This document shows, piece by piece, positions 1 to 10,619 of a stretch of 64,000 nt of DNA. The position numbers were made by a program, and so were the translations under genes. The notes below the pieces were generated by a model. That model did not search any database. It was given only the letters and a program-made list of their open reading frames with translations, and was not told the origin of the DNA. Each line of letters begins with the position of its first letter. Position 1 is the first letter of the stretch. Location of the stretch: assembly GCA_022813965.1 (NCBI GenBank), contig JALDZS010000031.1, forward strand, positions 62,001-126,000, written 5' to 3'. Source of the DNA: Toensbergia leucococca (lineage: Eukaryota).

Positions 1-332
1 CGGGCGCTCAATGCTCTCCGACGATCGACGGATACAGTTCTACGTTCGACGACGGATGGCTCGACAGGCGTAAGCCTCTCTCGGCGCTCGGAATTCTGTC
101 TCCTGAACGTCCCCGGACGCGGCAAACCAGGGACAACTCTTCGGGACAAGCGTCGACCAAGGCCAGGCTTTGGCTCTTGTGGCTCTAGTTTCTGGTCTAT
201 AGATTGTGTTTGTCCATCGCGTCCTAGCCATTTGCTGAAACTAAACCTCTGCCACATGCGAAATCTTCTCTCATTCTTCTCGGCCTCGATGGATAAGTTG
301 GGGGAAGTGATGGGGGGCGTTGCGGCGGCCAT
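1..332 (-). CDS. 5' part of a gene running off the window; conserved fungal protein, possibly a protein-kinase-like family member
   Basis: ATG at 332 opens a stop-free frame to the window edge (MAAATPPITSPNLSIEAEKNERRFRMWQRFSFSKWLG...GLGRRLSRRVVPGLPRPGTFRRQNSERRERL...). It is absent from the ORF track because no stop falls inside the window. The family call is recollection only; no catalytic domain is visible here. Confidence 0.55.
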   Translation of the reverse strand, partial: MAAATPPITSPNLSIEAEKNERRFRMWQRFSFSKWLGRDGQTQSIDQKLEPQEPKPGLGRRLSRRVVPGLPRPGTFRRQNSERRERLTPVEPSVVERRTVSVDRRRALSA

Positions 333-1908
333 TGAGCGGTGAGGGTGTCGATATCGGGGTAAGCAGAGTATCGTGGCATTGATGAAATGGACTTATGCAG
401 GAACGGTGGTGGTGTGTCTCCCGGGACATTGAGTTATGTAGTCAATGTGTCTCATCAAGCACCTCTTCAGCATTTGATCGAGGCGTCGATTGACAGGGAG
501 CATAATTCGATGCCTTGAGGTTGTGTATATTATTAACATTGGTGGCTGAATGTAAGAACGACGGTGGAGTAATATTGCGAGGCTTTCTCCCGGCGAGGAG
601 GCACCAGGGCCTTCCTTCGCGCCCACCATGCAGGGCTACCTGAATCAGCTACGGCTCCTTTGAGAGAGCTACGAGTTACTTTGGGCAATGCAATCTCCAT
701 TCCACTTCTACATCAGATCAGAACTACAACTAACGAGCCAAATGAGAGTGAGACATGATCGAAGTGGTTCAGGTTGGTAGCCGGTAAATGGTAAATGGGA
801 CTTGATAGAATAGAATAGGATACGGAGTACTCCGTAAATTAGGTGGAAATAAAGACTCAAGGAGTATTCTAGGTAAGTAAGGTAAGTAAGCTGTTCCCTA
901 TTTCTATGAGCGATAATCAGAGAATATTCTGTCGGGCCGTCATGCCTCCTGGACTTGAATCTCTTCATTTATCCTTTTATCCTTTCATCTTTTCTTGACG
1001 CGCTGTGTTGTCATTGGCCTTCAAATGACATGGAGAGCATTGGGCACCCTTTGCGACGAGATCAAGGCAAGTGCATTGCATTAGCTGTTTGCATTAAATA
1101 CCTCTAAGATACGTGGCACCAAGTTTGGGACACCTCACTTTTCTATTCCTTCGTCTTTTTGGTCTAGCTTCTGTCGCGGCCGAAAGACGACTGAACGCTT
1201 ATACCTGAATCCAATCCTGAGAAACAAAGTAGGGAATCCACCTGGATTCACTGCCCACTCTCCAACTGGTGGGCCGCAATTAGTCTTGCAGCTTAGATGT
1301 TGGTACCTACCTACCTACTTTACCTGTGTTCCTTAGCTACCGAATCGAAACTTCCATGTACGAGTGCAGTAGAGTAGCTGCGCCTACAGCCCTCGCTCAC
1401 CTATCAACACCACCCCTACAGACGCCTATGATGCTGTCACAATGGGCCCTAACGGTTCTTAATGAGGCCTGAGGGGTTCGTAAGGCCTCTATATGCTCTA
1501 CATGTCTAGTCTGATGCTCGAAATGGTGGACGGTATGGTTGAAAGGAGACCCAAGTATCACTATCACTCGAGTGTGTAATAGATAGCTCTGCCTTCCAGC
1601 GTTCTTGTAATTGGATAACCCGGAACCAGACATGAGCACGCAATTGACTTGTAAGTGGCCTCTGCCTCCTTTGATTCGACCTGAAACCTGCTTGCTTTTT
1701 CGACCTCGGCCGCTAATCAACAGTATCTCTATATGTCCAGAAGTGTACAGATGCGGAGTGGAGGTAAATACGCGCTCGGACAGCCCAACGCCTTGGGTTG
1801 CATCCTCTGCCAGTGCTCCCAGGGCTACCAGGGCCCTACCACCCAACGCCATCTAGCTGCTATGCGAACCCAACCCAAATACTCCAATGATGATAACTTG
1901 CACATTAA

Positions 1909-4900
1909 TCAATCGTCATCCTCTGACTCCTCGCTTGCCTTATCTGTCTTTGCCTTCCCCTTTGCCAATTGGTCCTTCCACACATTATTTGCTTCCTCGG
2001 TACTGGTGTTCGGAAAGACGAGATCAAAGACATCCGAGTACCAGCTCGCTGCGTGACCTTCTAGCCCCTCTTTGATGTTCTTGGAAGTATGTTAGCCTAT
2101 ACGAGCATGAGTGATGGCCTCGATATCTTACCACGGGCAATTCTAGCCAGTCAGACATGTTGTCTGCTGGAAATATAATCATCTTGGCACCCGCTCGACG
2201 GGCAGCAATAGTCTTCTCCCGTAGTCCTCCAATTCGAAGGACCTTCCCGGTAACAGTCAATTCTCCTGTCATGGCAATAGTAGGGTCTAAAGGCTTATTC
2301 AAGGCCAATGATAGCAATGATGTTGCCATCGTGACACCCGCCGAGGGACCTATCGAACATTAGCCTACAAGCCCACGTGTAAGCCCTCAGTATACTTGCC
2401 ATCTTTGGGAACCGCTCCCTCAGGACAATGTAAATGTACTTTGGCCTTTTCAAAGAACTTGTTCCCCGGGAACAGTCTTGCCATGACCGATTTAGCGAAT
2501 GAATATGCAATGACGGTTGATTCCTTCATCACGGCCTTCATATTCCCTGTTCTCTCCAGGCCAGGTCTTGACGACGCGCTGAGGACATTCTCCAGAATCG
2601 ACTCAATGTACATGGCTGTCCCACCCATGCTGGTCCATGCAAGGCCCATGACTACACCCGGAGGAGTAACATCGTAAAGTCGGTCTGACATGAACACTGG
2701 AGGACCAACAAAATCTTTAAGATTGTTCTTGTCAATGCTCAAGTGCACGCTATCTGGCACGTTCAAGCCTACCCTCGGCGTTTCAGTTGTTTCGTTTGCA
2801 ATCGACCCTGGCGTTTCCTTGACATCCGTCTCGTCCTTGTTCGATTCTTTTAGAGCAGCTTTACCTTCTTCAGTAAGTGCGTTTTCTTCTGAAAGCACAT
2901 CTTCGCCAAGATCTCGGATGATATTCAATGCTGATTTACGATAGACTTTTTCGATATGCTTCTTCAGGTTTCGTACCCCACTTTCACGACAGTAAGACTT
3001 GATTAGTTCTTCAAGAGCATCTTTCTGAAGTGCGACATCTACATTTTTTAGGCCACTCAAGTCTTTGGCCGCCGGAGCCAAATATTTCTCAGCAATCGCC
3101 ATTTTCTCGTCGGCAACGTACCCAGAAAGCCGGATCATCTCCATTCGATCGAGGAGTGGAGGTGGAATTGTATCAGTCATATTAGCAGTACATACGAACA
3201 GGACCTTGGAGAGGTCGACTGGAACATCCATGTAGTGGTCAAGGAATGAGTTGTTTTGCTCTGGATCCAACAATTCGAGCAAGGCAGAAGATGGGTCCCC
3301 TTGATGACCTCTGCCAATTTTGTCTACCTCATCGATCAAGATCAAAGGGTTTTCTGTCTGGCATTTCTTTAGCGCTTGAATGATTCGGCCAGGAAGAGCT
3401 CCGACGTATGTCCGTCGATGTCCTTTGATCTCAGCTACATCGGTCAATCCACCCACACTGAATCGATAATACTGCCTGTTCAGTGCACGTGCGATTGACT
3501 TTCCTATGCTCGTCTTGCCAACCCCTGGAGGCCCAACAAAACATAAGATTTTCCCTTCCACCGTGCCTCGTAATTTGCCAACCGCGATGAATTCCAGGAT
3601 GCGATCCTTGACGTCTTGCAACCCGTAGTGATCATCATCTAGGACAGTCATAGCGTTCTTTATACCAAAGTTTTCTACGCTCCTTTGGCCCCACGGTATC
3701 TGCGTAAGCCAATCAAGATAATTTCGAGTCACGTTGAACTCTGACGCAGCAGGTTCTAGGTGAGCCAATTTGTTTAGTTCCTCTTCGAAAACCTTTTGCA
3801 CGCCTTCGGGCATTGCAAGTTTGCTGGCCTTCTCCTTGAACTTCTCGACCATCTTGTCTTTTCCGTCGGATTCAATTCCTAATTCACGCTTGATACCCTT
3901 CATCTGCTCCATGAGCCAGTACTCTCGTTGCCGTTTCTGAATCTTGGTTTCCACATCCTTTGAGATCTTATTCTGTAATTGTGCGTTCATAAGCTCTTTT
4001 TTAAAAACCACCAACGATTTAGTTAGTCGCTCTTCTACATCCATGGTCTCCAAAACATCTTGCAACTCCTTTACTTCCCCCGAAGAAACTGCAGCGGCGA
4101 AATCGGCTAGCTTTCCCGGTTCCTCCATGATATTGCCAGCTGATTGACTCATCGAAAATGTAGATATCTGATCACGGAACAGATGATTCATGTTCGCAAC
4201 ATCCTTGAAGACATTCACAATCTCATTTGTAACAGCCTTGATAACGGGACTCTTCTTATCATGCGGTTGCTCCGTCAAGTTGTCAACATTGACCAGGCTG
4301 ACGGCATAATTCCGGAGAAAAGAAGTCGGTTCATAAGACTGTTTCTCCTTTGTGGACTGAGGTGCAGCTGATTCTTCAAAGCTAGCAACAACGTCACCTT
4401 CTTTAGATTCCGTACTCGAGGAGACTTGGTCCTTGGAAGACTGATCTTCTGTTGGCTGGACGTCTATGACAGTCGCGGTAGATGGCTCCGGAGCGGTGTC
4501 AGGTTTTATTCGGTTGGGAGGTATTAGTGTAGACATCTTGATTCTTCGATGAGGATATAGCACAGCGGTAAGACTGTTCTCCTCGCCATGCACAGGAAAA
4601 GCACTAGTGATCTGGGCAAAAACACCGACATCATAGACATCGTCCATACTCTCTATGACATCCTTGTCGGCGCTATCATCCTTGAACAGGAACGCTCCGA
4701 CGTAAGGTTGACCACGCTTCATCATCTCTTGAATTGCAGAAGATACATTTGGATCACGTATAGTGATGGCCTTGTAGAATCCTGGAAATAGCGGCCTCTT
4801 GGCTATCGGTATTGCCATGACTTGTGGGTAGACATCTGGGACAGACGGTTTTTGCAAAGCCCGCTCTGCAGAAACTTTGCGCCCACCTTTTTTGCCTCCA

Positions 4901-5334
4901 TCACCACCTCCTACTCCAGATTCACCCCCACCGGCAGCTCCGCTGCCGCTTTTTGGGTTTGATGCATTTCCTGCGCCTGCACTAGAAGCAGAGCTTGATG
5001 TGTCTGACGGTTTCCTTGCCTCAACCGATTCCTCTGCTTTGACTGTTACTGAGGCCGAACTATCTTGATCTTCGCCCTCGACCTTTCCTTTCTTTGTGAC
5101 AGGGATCGGATCTGGGGTGTCGTCTGAGGCATGGTCTTTCCGCCTTGCAGGCGAAGTAGCAAAAGCGCGTAGAGGCGGCGTTTGTTGTAAAGCTTGTGAA
5201 ATGCGAGGTTGCGTTCTATGATGTAATAGTTGTATGCTTTGACATCTAAGTTGGCTATATCTTGAGGTTGAATGCGACTTTAGTAAGCTCTTACAGAGGG
5301 CGGTCCTCCATGGAAGGCTTTGGCCGTTAAGCAT
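1909..5334 (-). CDS. PIM1: Mitochondrial Lon protease (3 exons: 5334-2400, 2349-2132, 2079-1909)
   Basis: Basic N-terminal presequence, LON N-domain, Walker A GPPGVGKT and Walker B ILIDEVD. The catalytic motif PKDGPSAG is restored only after removing intron 2399-2350. Followed by [21 protein letters not shown] and [22 protein letters not shown]. Confidence 0.97.
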
Positions 5335-6261
5335 GCTTCAATGGCTGCTAAGGATAGAGAGCGTAAAAGTGTTGAAGGTGTCGGAGAGGATGAAGAGAAA
5401 GTGTATTAGATGATTACGTGGAAGGTAAGGTGGCGAGGATTGAAATATCATTTGGACTAATTTTTTGTAGAGACGACATGATGATATCGTCGCAGCCACC
5501 ACTCGCAGCCACTAGGATAGAACTACATCTCGCTAAGCCTTGTTAGGTCAAGGCCCGAGGAGCGAGGGAGCCACATGTGGCACCAGGCACTCTACGACCA
5601 ATTCCACAACTCCTTCATCTCTATCAATATCACCCACGCTGCACTCGTCTTGGAGACAAGACATGGTCATCCTTCATGCGCGAGCAAAGTGAGATAGCAG
5701 GCGGCGAAAGTCTTCTCAATCCAAAAGTCATAGCAATCAGACATCAGCTCACAGCCATGCAGGATACTTGATCATGTCGCGTGAGAAGACTGACTGCACC
5801 GGGGTCAAGACTCTTAAGGAACCAGCATGCGCGGCAATATTCTTGCTGACCTAGACTAGTCAATATCTATGAGGCTGCTATCGGAGAATTCAATCTTCTA
5901 GGAGCATCTAGAAGAAGCATGATAGGCGCTTTTAATCTTCTTCTCGGGCTATTTCCCTTCAAGCGCATAACGGCCATCAAGATGCGCTCTTAGCTCTCGC
6001 CCAAACATTAGATTCAGCTTCATCATCGTTGGTTTTCTGTATATGCCTTTGAATTACTTCCCTAAGTCCTTAGCGTTCCTGCCTTGCTTGACTCTTTGAC
6101 CTCATCGCAATTGACTGTTGTCTTGGTCATGTCATTTACTGCACCAAATAGTTGCGCTGATGCCTGTTCTTCCGTACTCTTGTCCGCTTGTCGCAAACCA
6201 CTCTCTAGAACTACTCTAATGTAATCATTAATTCCGCCACTGCGATCCTTCGACATTCACT

Positions 6262-7662
6262 ATGACATTACAAGGCTGTCCTACCATCCCGAAGCGAGCC
6301 AGCAGTATTAGTCCTCCCGAATTCCTCTTTCAGTCATGGACATTTCGCCCTTTCGGAATAAAATCATCGGATACAGCTTCTACGAGCACCACTTCTTTGT
6401 CTCTGATCAATGTGCTCCCGCAACGGGGTGGGAGTCCGAAGACCCGAGACCAAACGACTAACAGTACAGAGGAAACCTTCGATGTGCCGCCTTATCTAGC
6501 GCCTATACCAATATCGCCCTCGTTCCAGCACGCTATCCAAAAAATAATCTTGGAGAAGCCTTCCTTGGGGAGCCAAATGACAGTGGAGTCTCCTTTCTCC
6601 GACGAAGCTCACGTCTGCGATGAAGAGCCGAGTGGAGAGGTTAAGACTGGGTATCAGTGGAGAATGGAACCACCGCGAATCGCACAGAAATTCCGTATAG
6701 AAGCGAAGCAGGAACCCCCGAAACAGGCCAAGGTTAGGTCTGAGGTTAGGCCTGAGTTTAGGCCTGAGGAGAGTCACAGCGCTGTGCAGGCTATACCAGT
6801 ATTGTTGCGAGAGAAGCGTCTCCAGGTGTGCGAGCCTACGACCACAGTTGCCCCGTTACACATTGTTACACACGAGGATGATGTGGAACCAAAAGCCATC
6901 GCCACCACCGACAAAGAAGGCTTATATTGCCGCACGAAGCGGGCTCTAGGTCTCAAACATGGTCCAGCTTCGAAAAGCCAGTCGAGTGAAGGTGACCAGC
7001 TCAGTAGGTCTTTGACGGGCGATATGTTGAACCGAGTAACAAGCGAGCTTCAAGTCTTGCCTGATACGGAGCCTAGTACTTCAAGTAGAGCGTCCAGCTT
7101 CAGTAACTTGTCTATTGCTGCTATTCGCCCTCACCGTTCACGACTTTGGCCCACTCAGCGCAAATCAGGTCCATCCACATCAAGTTCAATTAGGAGCTTG
7201 CTATTGGGCCCGCCGCCTGTGGTCACACCTGACCCAGAGGCGATGTATACTGGGGCCGATATGGAGCAGTTTATTCGTGTGGAAATGTGTACGCCAAACG
7301 CTCCTACATTTTTGCCATCCGAAGCTCGAAGAGTCGGAACACCACCTTTGCCGGCCGAGGAAACACGCAGTGGTCGATTTCGAGGCTTCTTCTTCGATTA
7401 TGATAGACCTTTAGATGAATCTCCAGGAGGGGAAACTCCTGGCACTCCTAAAAGTCCTTCGGCGGTGAATCGTTCCAGCCAAGAATCTGATTGGTTTAGG
7501 TCCAAAATTAGAGAAGATCAGGGCGAAGACGAGTTTGCATTAAATATACCCATGCACCTACCCAATAGCCCGCTATGCCCTAAGCATCCAAAGCACCCGT
7601 CAGGGGGAAAGGGGGTTTGTGTATACCATGGGAGAGAACTTACCATGTCTCTGAAATCCTGA
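6262..7662 (+). CDS. Hypothetical Ser/Pro-rich protein with a C-terminal Cys/His motif
   Basis: 466-aa ORF, mostly low complexity, ending in HLPNSPLCPKHPKHPSGGKGVCVYHGR. The true start or any upstream exons are uncertain. Confidence 0.7.
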   Translation: MTLQGCPTIPKRASSISPPEFLFQSWTFRPFGIKSSDTASTSTTSLSLINVLPQRGGSPKTRDQTTNSTEETFDVPPYLAPIPISPSFQHAIQKIILEKPSLGSQMTVESPFSDEAHVCDEEPSGEVKTGYQWRMEPPRIAQKFRIEAKQEPPKQAKVRSEVRPEFRPEESHSAVQAIPVLLREKRLQVCEPTTTVAPLHIVTHEDDVEPKAIATTDKEGLYCRTKRALGLKHGPASKSQSSEGDQLSRSLTGDMLNRVTSELQVLPDTEPSTSSRASSFSNLSIAAIRPHRSRLWPTQRKSGPSTSSSIRSLLLGPPPVVTPDPEAMYTGADMEQFIRVEMCTPNAPTFLPSEARRVGTPPLPAEETRSGRFRGFFFDYDRPLDESPGGETPGTPKSPSAVNRSSQESDWFRSKIREDQGEDEFALNIPMHLPNSPLCPKHPKHPSGGKGVCVYHGRELTMSLKS

Positions 7663-8030
7663 TTGTCGAGAGTAAACTCGAAAAATCATTATGAATTATG
7701 CAAGCTGCTGTTTGCCAGTGGAATTAAACATGCCTCTTCAACACACATTAGATTGGACTTTTTGTTGTGTAGTATACAGCACACTTTCACAGCGTCAATG
7801 GAGAAGTCTATCAGTGCGGCCAAATTCGGTTCGGCTGTGATGATTGAGAGGTGAGCCAGAGCAACCTCAGTGTGTACCTACTTGTTGCCGATTTGATTCG
7901 TTGATTTTTCAGCCCTAAAATGTGATTGATATGGAGCTAATAAGGTACTCGTACGTGTAAACGCTTGTAATTCATTACCCACTCTTGCACTTAATGAGTC
8001 AAATGTACTCGTAGCTACAACCGTATAGCC

Positions 8031-10619
8031 ATGAAGCTCCAGGGATCGGCTCAGAAGAGAGCAGTGAGCCCAATGCCTTCTTTCGAGACCTCTCCTCGAC
8101 CTAATAAGCGGCGGAAAACCACCGCAGTGGATTCTCCAATTACACCCCCCACATCAAGCGTCTTTCAAGCTGTGAAGAAAGCTGTTTTGGGAAGTTCATT
8201 ATCACGGGGTCTGCGTTCTCGAAACATTAGTGTGCTCTCAGGCAAGGAGACTACATCAGAAAAAAGAAAAGTAATTCCGGACCCACCTGACGAGACATTG
8301 TTTAGGAGCAGTGGAACGAACGACAATGGCGCGAGCACACCGCAATACGAAGACTTAGCAATGCCAATCTACGACGAGGTCATAGAGGATATCCTTGTAA
8401 CAGAAGAACCGCCAACGAAACTACGTGGAGGACGCCAAGAGGAAGCCCATCTAGAAAATGATGCAGAAGATGGTTTAGATTCGGAGACTAAAGGAACGGT
8501 CCAGACACCAACGAAGAGGAAGAGGAAGCGATATCGTCCTAGATCTGGCTCTCAAGACCAAGAAGAGAGTAGCGGGGGATTTAATGCTGAAGAAGATTCC
8601 TTGGGCGATTGTGTGGGTTCCAATGGTCACCAGCCTGGGACTTTTACTGGAGACTACAACAGTGAAGACCGCGATATACAAAAAAATGATGCTCGAAAGA
8701 GTACTAGATTACAAAAGCACATCATTCGCTCTCCGGAAGAACAGAGCCATGGGGGCAATGAGGAGGATGTTGTCAGCATGGCCTCACGGCCAGACAATGA
8801 AGGTTCTGTTGGCATGCGTTCCGAGCGCCCAGGCGTGAGGGAGCCTCGAAGACCCCGAAGAAATTCTAATGACATGGTGGAGCAATCGAAAATTGAATCC
8901 ACTCCTACAAATACTTCCACTCGAAAGCGAGGTCGTCCGAGAAAGCATTTTAACGCTGCTGCCGTTTCACATGGATTGGGAGAGCATGATCTTGGTTTCA
9001 AAGATATCAATATGAATAAAGAACCAGAAAAAGAGCCAAATAGCAAGAAAAAGGAAGGGGAGGCTGTGGTTCTCTTAGGAAAGACACCAATACCAAACAC
9101 CATTTCAAGTACGCCCAGGAGGAAGCGTGGGAGACCACGTAAAGATGTTGTAGATCAGCAATTTCCTCCCCATCAGCCAGTACTATCAACTGTGGCCCAC
9201 GTTTTACCAAGTCACAACAGCGAGAAAAGTCTCGAGGACCATGCCGAGTACCTTCAAACAGTCTTTCAAGACGATAGCTTAGGGTTAGTAACGAAGCTTA
9301 GATTGCAAATAATGGAGGGTCTTACAGGCAAGCGGCGTCTACCTCTAGTGAATCTCGACGAGGAATATCAAAAGGTACATCAACTAGTCGAGCAAACAGT
9401 CGTGGCAGGAGAAGGCAATTCAATGCTAGTCATCGGTGCCAGAGGAAGTGCGAAGACGACTTTGGTTGAGACCGTCGTCTCAGACTTGGCTGTTGATCAC
9501 CGAGAAGACTTCCACGTAGTACGGCTCAATGGTTTCATCCATACAGACGACAAACTCGCTTTACGAGAGACCTGGCGCCAGCTAGGACGGGAAATGGAGG
9601 TTGAAGATGATCTGATGGGTAATACCAGCAACTATGCAGATATTTTGACATCGCTTCTTGCTTTACTGGCTTACCCACCCGAGATATTCGATGCCAACCA
9701 AGATCACACGACGAAATCAGTCGTCTTCATCCTGGACGAGTTCGACCTCTTCGCCTCGCACCCAAGGCAAACGCTGCTGTACAACCTTTTCGATATTGCC
9801 CAGTCTCGAAACGCTCCCATTGCAGTTTTGGGTCTTACCACTAAATTCGATGTTGTCGAGAGCCTCGAAAAGCGAGTCAAAAGTCGCTTCAGCCAGCGCT
9901 ATGTCCACCTCTCCCTCCCCAAAACCTTCTACTCATTTCGAGATATCTGCAAATCAGCCCTGGCATGTCAATTCTCGTCCCAAGTCCCAAGTCGTCTCCG
10001 CCCTGAGGACACTTTCTTCCAAACCCTCCACACTGCCTGGACAGCCTATATGACCGCACTCTTCACTCATGACTCGACCTTGAATGCTCTTCTCCAAAGA
10101 ATCTACGCACTCTCAAAATCTGTCTCTTCTTTCCTGACGGCATCCCTCCTCCCCATTTCTCTCCTCTCGCCCACCCATCTTCTAACCGGCCAAGACTTTG
10201 CGTCCCACACACTTTCCCCACCGGACTCGAATCTACACGTTCTTCCATCGCTCTCCGACCTCGAGCTGTCCCTTCTTATCGCTGCCGCTAGACTAGACAT
10301 AATTCTTGACACGGATACTTGTAACTTCAGTCTCGCGTATGACGAGTATCAGCAACTAGCCAGTCGATTCAAAATTCAAAGTAGCGCAGCCGGACAGACG
10401 GCTGTGGGCGCGGGAGCAAGGGTTTGGGGGAGAGAGGTAGCGATGGGGGCTTGGGAAAGGTTGGCGGCGTTAGATCTGATTGTGCCTGCCGGGGGAGGGG
10501 GAAAGGGGGAGGCCGGGAGGGCTGGCAGAATGTGGAGGGTTGACGTGGGCTTGGAGGAGATTGCGCCGTGTGTGTCTGGAATGGGAGCCGTGATGACAAG
10601 ATGGTGCAAGGAGATCTGA
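8031..10619 (+). CDS. ORC4: Origin recognition complex subunit 4 with N-terminal AT-hooks
   Basis: 862-aa ORF. AAA+ region GEGNSMLVIGARGSAKT...VRLNGFIHTDD...FILDEFDLFA...RQTLLYNLFD...LEKRVKSRFS is typical of Orc4. Two RKRGRPRK AT-hook motifs lie in the N-terminal extension. Confidence 0.95.
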   Translation: MKLQGSAQKRAVSPMPSFETSPRPNKRRKTTAVDSPITPPTSSVFQAVKKAVLGSSLSRGLRSRNISVLSGKETTSEKRKVIPDPPDETLFRSSGTNDNGASTPQYEDLAMPIYDEVIEDILVTEEPPTKLRGGRQEEAHLENDAEDGLDSETKGTVQTPTKRKRKRYRPRSGSQDQEESSGGFNAEEDSLGDCVGSNGHQPGTFTGDYNSEDRDIQKNDARKSTRLQKHIIRSPEEQSHGGNEEDVVSMASRPDNEGSVGMRSERPGVREPRRPRRNSNDMVEQSKIESTPTNTSTRKRGRPRKHFNAAAVSHGLGEHDLGFKDINMNKEPEKEPNSKKKEGEAVVLLGKTPIPNTISSTPRRKRGRPRKDVVDQQFPPHQPVLSTVAHVLPSHNSEKSLEDHAEYLQTVFQDDSLGLVTKLRLQIMEGLTGKRRLPLVNLDEEYQKVHQLVEQTVVAGEGNSMLVIGARGSAKTTLVETVVSDLAVDHREDFHVVRLNGFIHTDDKLALRETWRQLGREMEVEDDLMGNTSNYADILTSLLALLAYPPEIFDANQDHTTKSVVFILDEFDLFASHPRQTLLYNLFDIAQSRNAPIAVLGLTTKFDVVESLEKRVKSRFSQRYVHLSLPKTFYSFRDICKSALACQFSSQVPSRLRPEDTFFQTLHTAWTAYMTALFTHDSTLNALLQRIYALSKSVSSFLTASLLPISLLSPTHLLTGQDFASHTLSPPDSNLHVLPSLSDLELSLLIAAARLDIILDTDTCNFSLAYDEYQQLASRFKIQSSAAGQTAVGAGARVWGREVAMGAWERLAALDLIVPAGGGGKGEAGRAGRMWRVDVGLEEIAPCVSGMGAVMTRWCKEI

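Noticed and set aside
1425..1520. Possible box C/D snoRNA (atgatgc...ctga, with a gaggcct/aggcctc hairpin)
   Set aside because: The C box is imperfect, there is no terminal stem, and I could not recognise an rRNA-complementary guide.
1397..1856. ORFs of 81-151 aa downstream of PIM1
   Set aside because: No recognisable motifs, and they overlap on opposite strands; probably chance ORFs.
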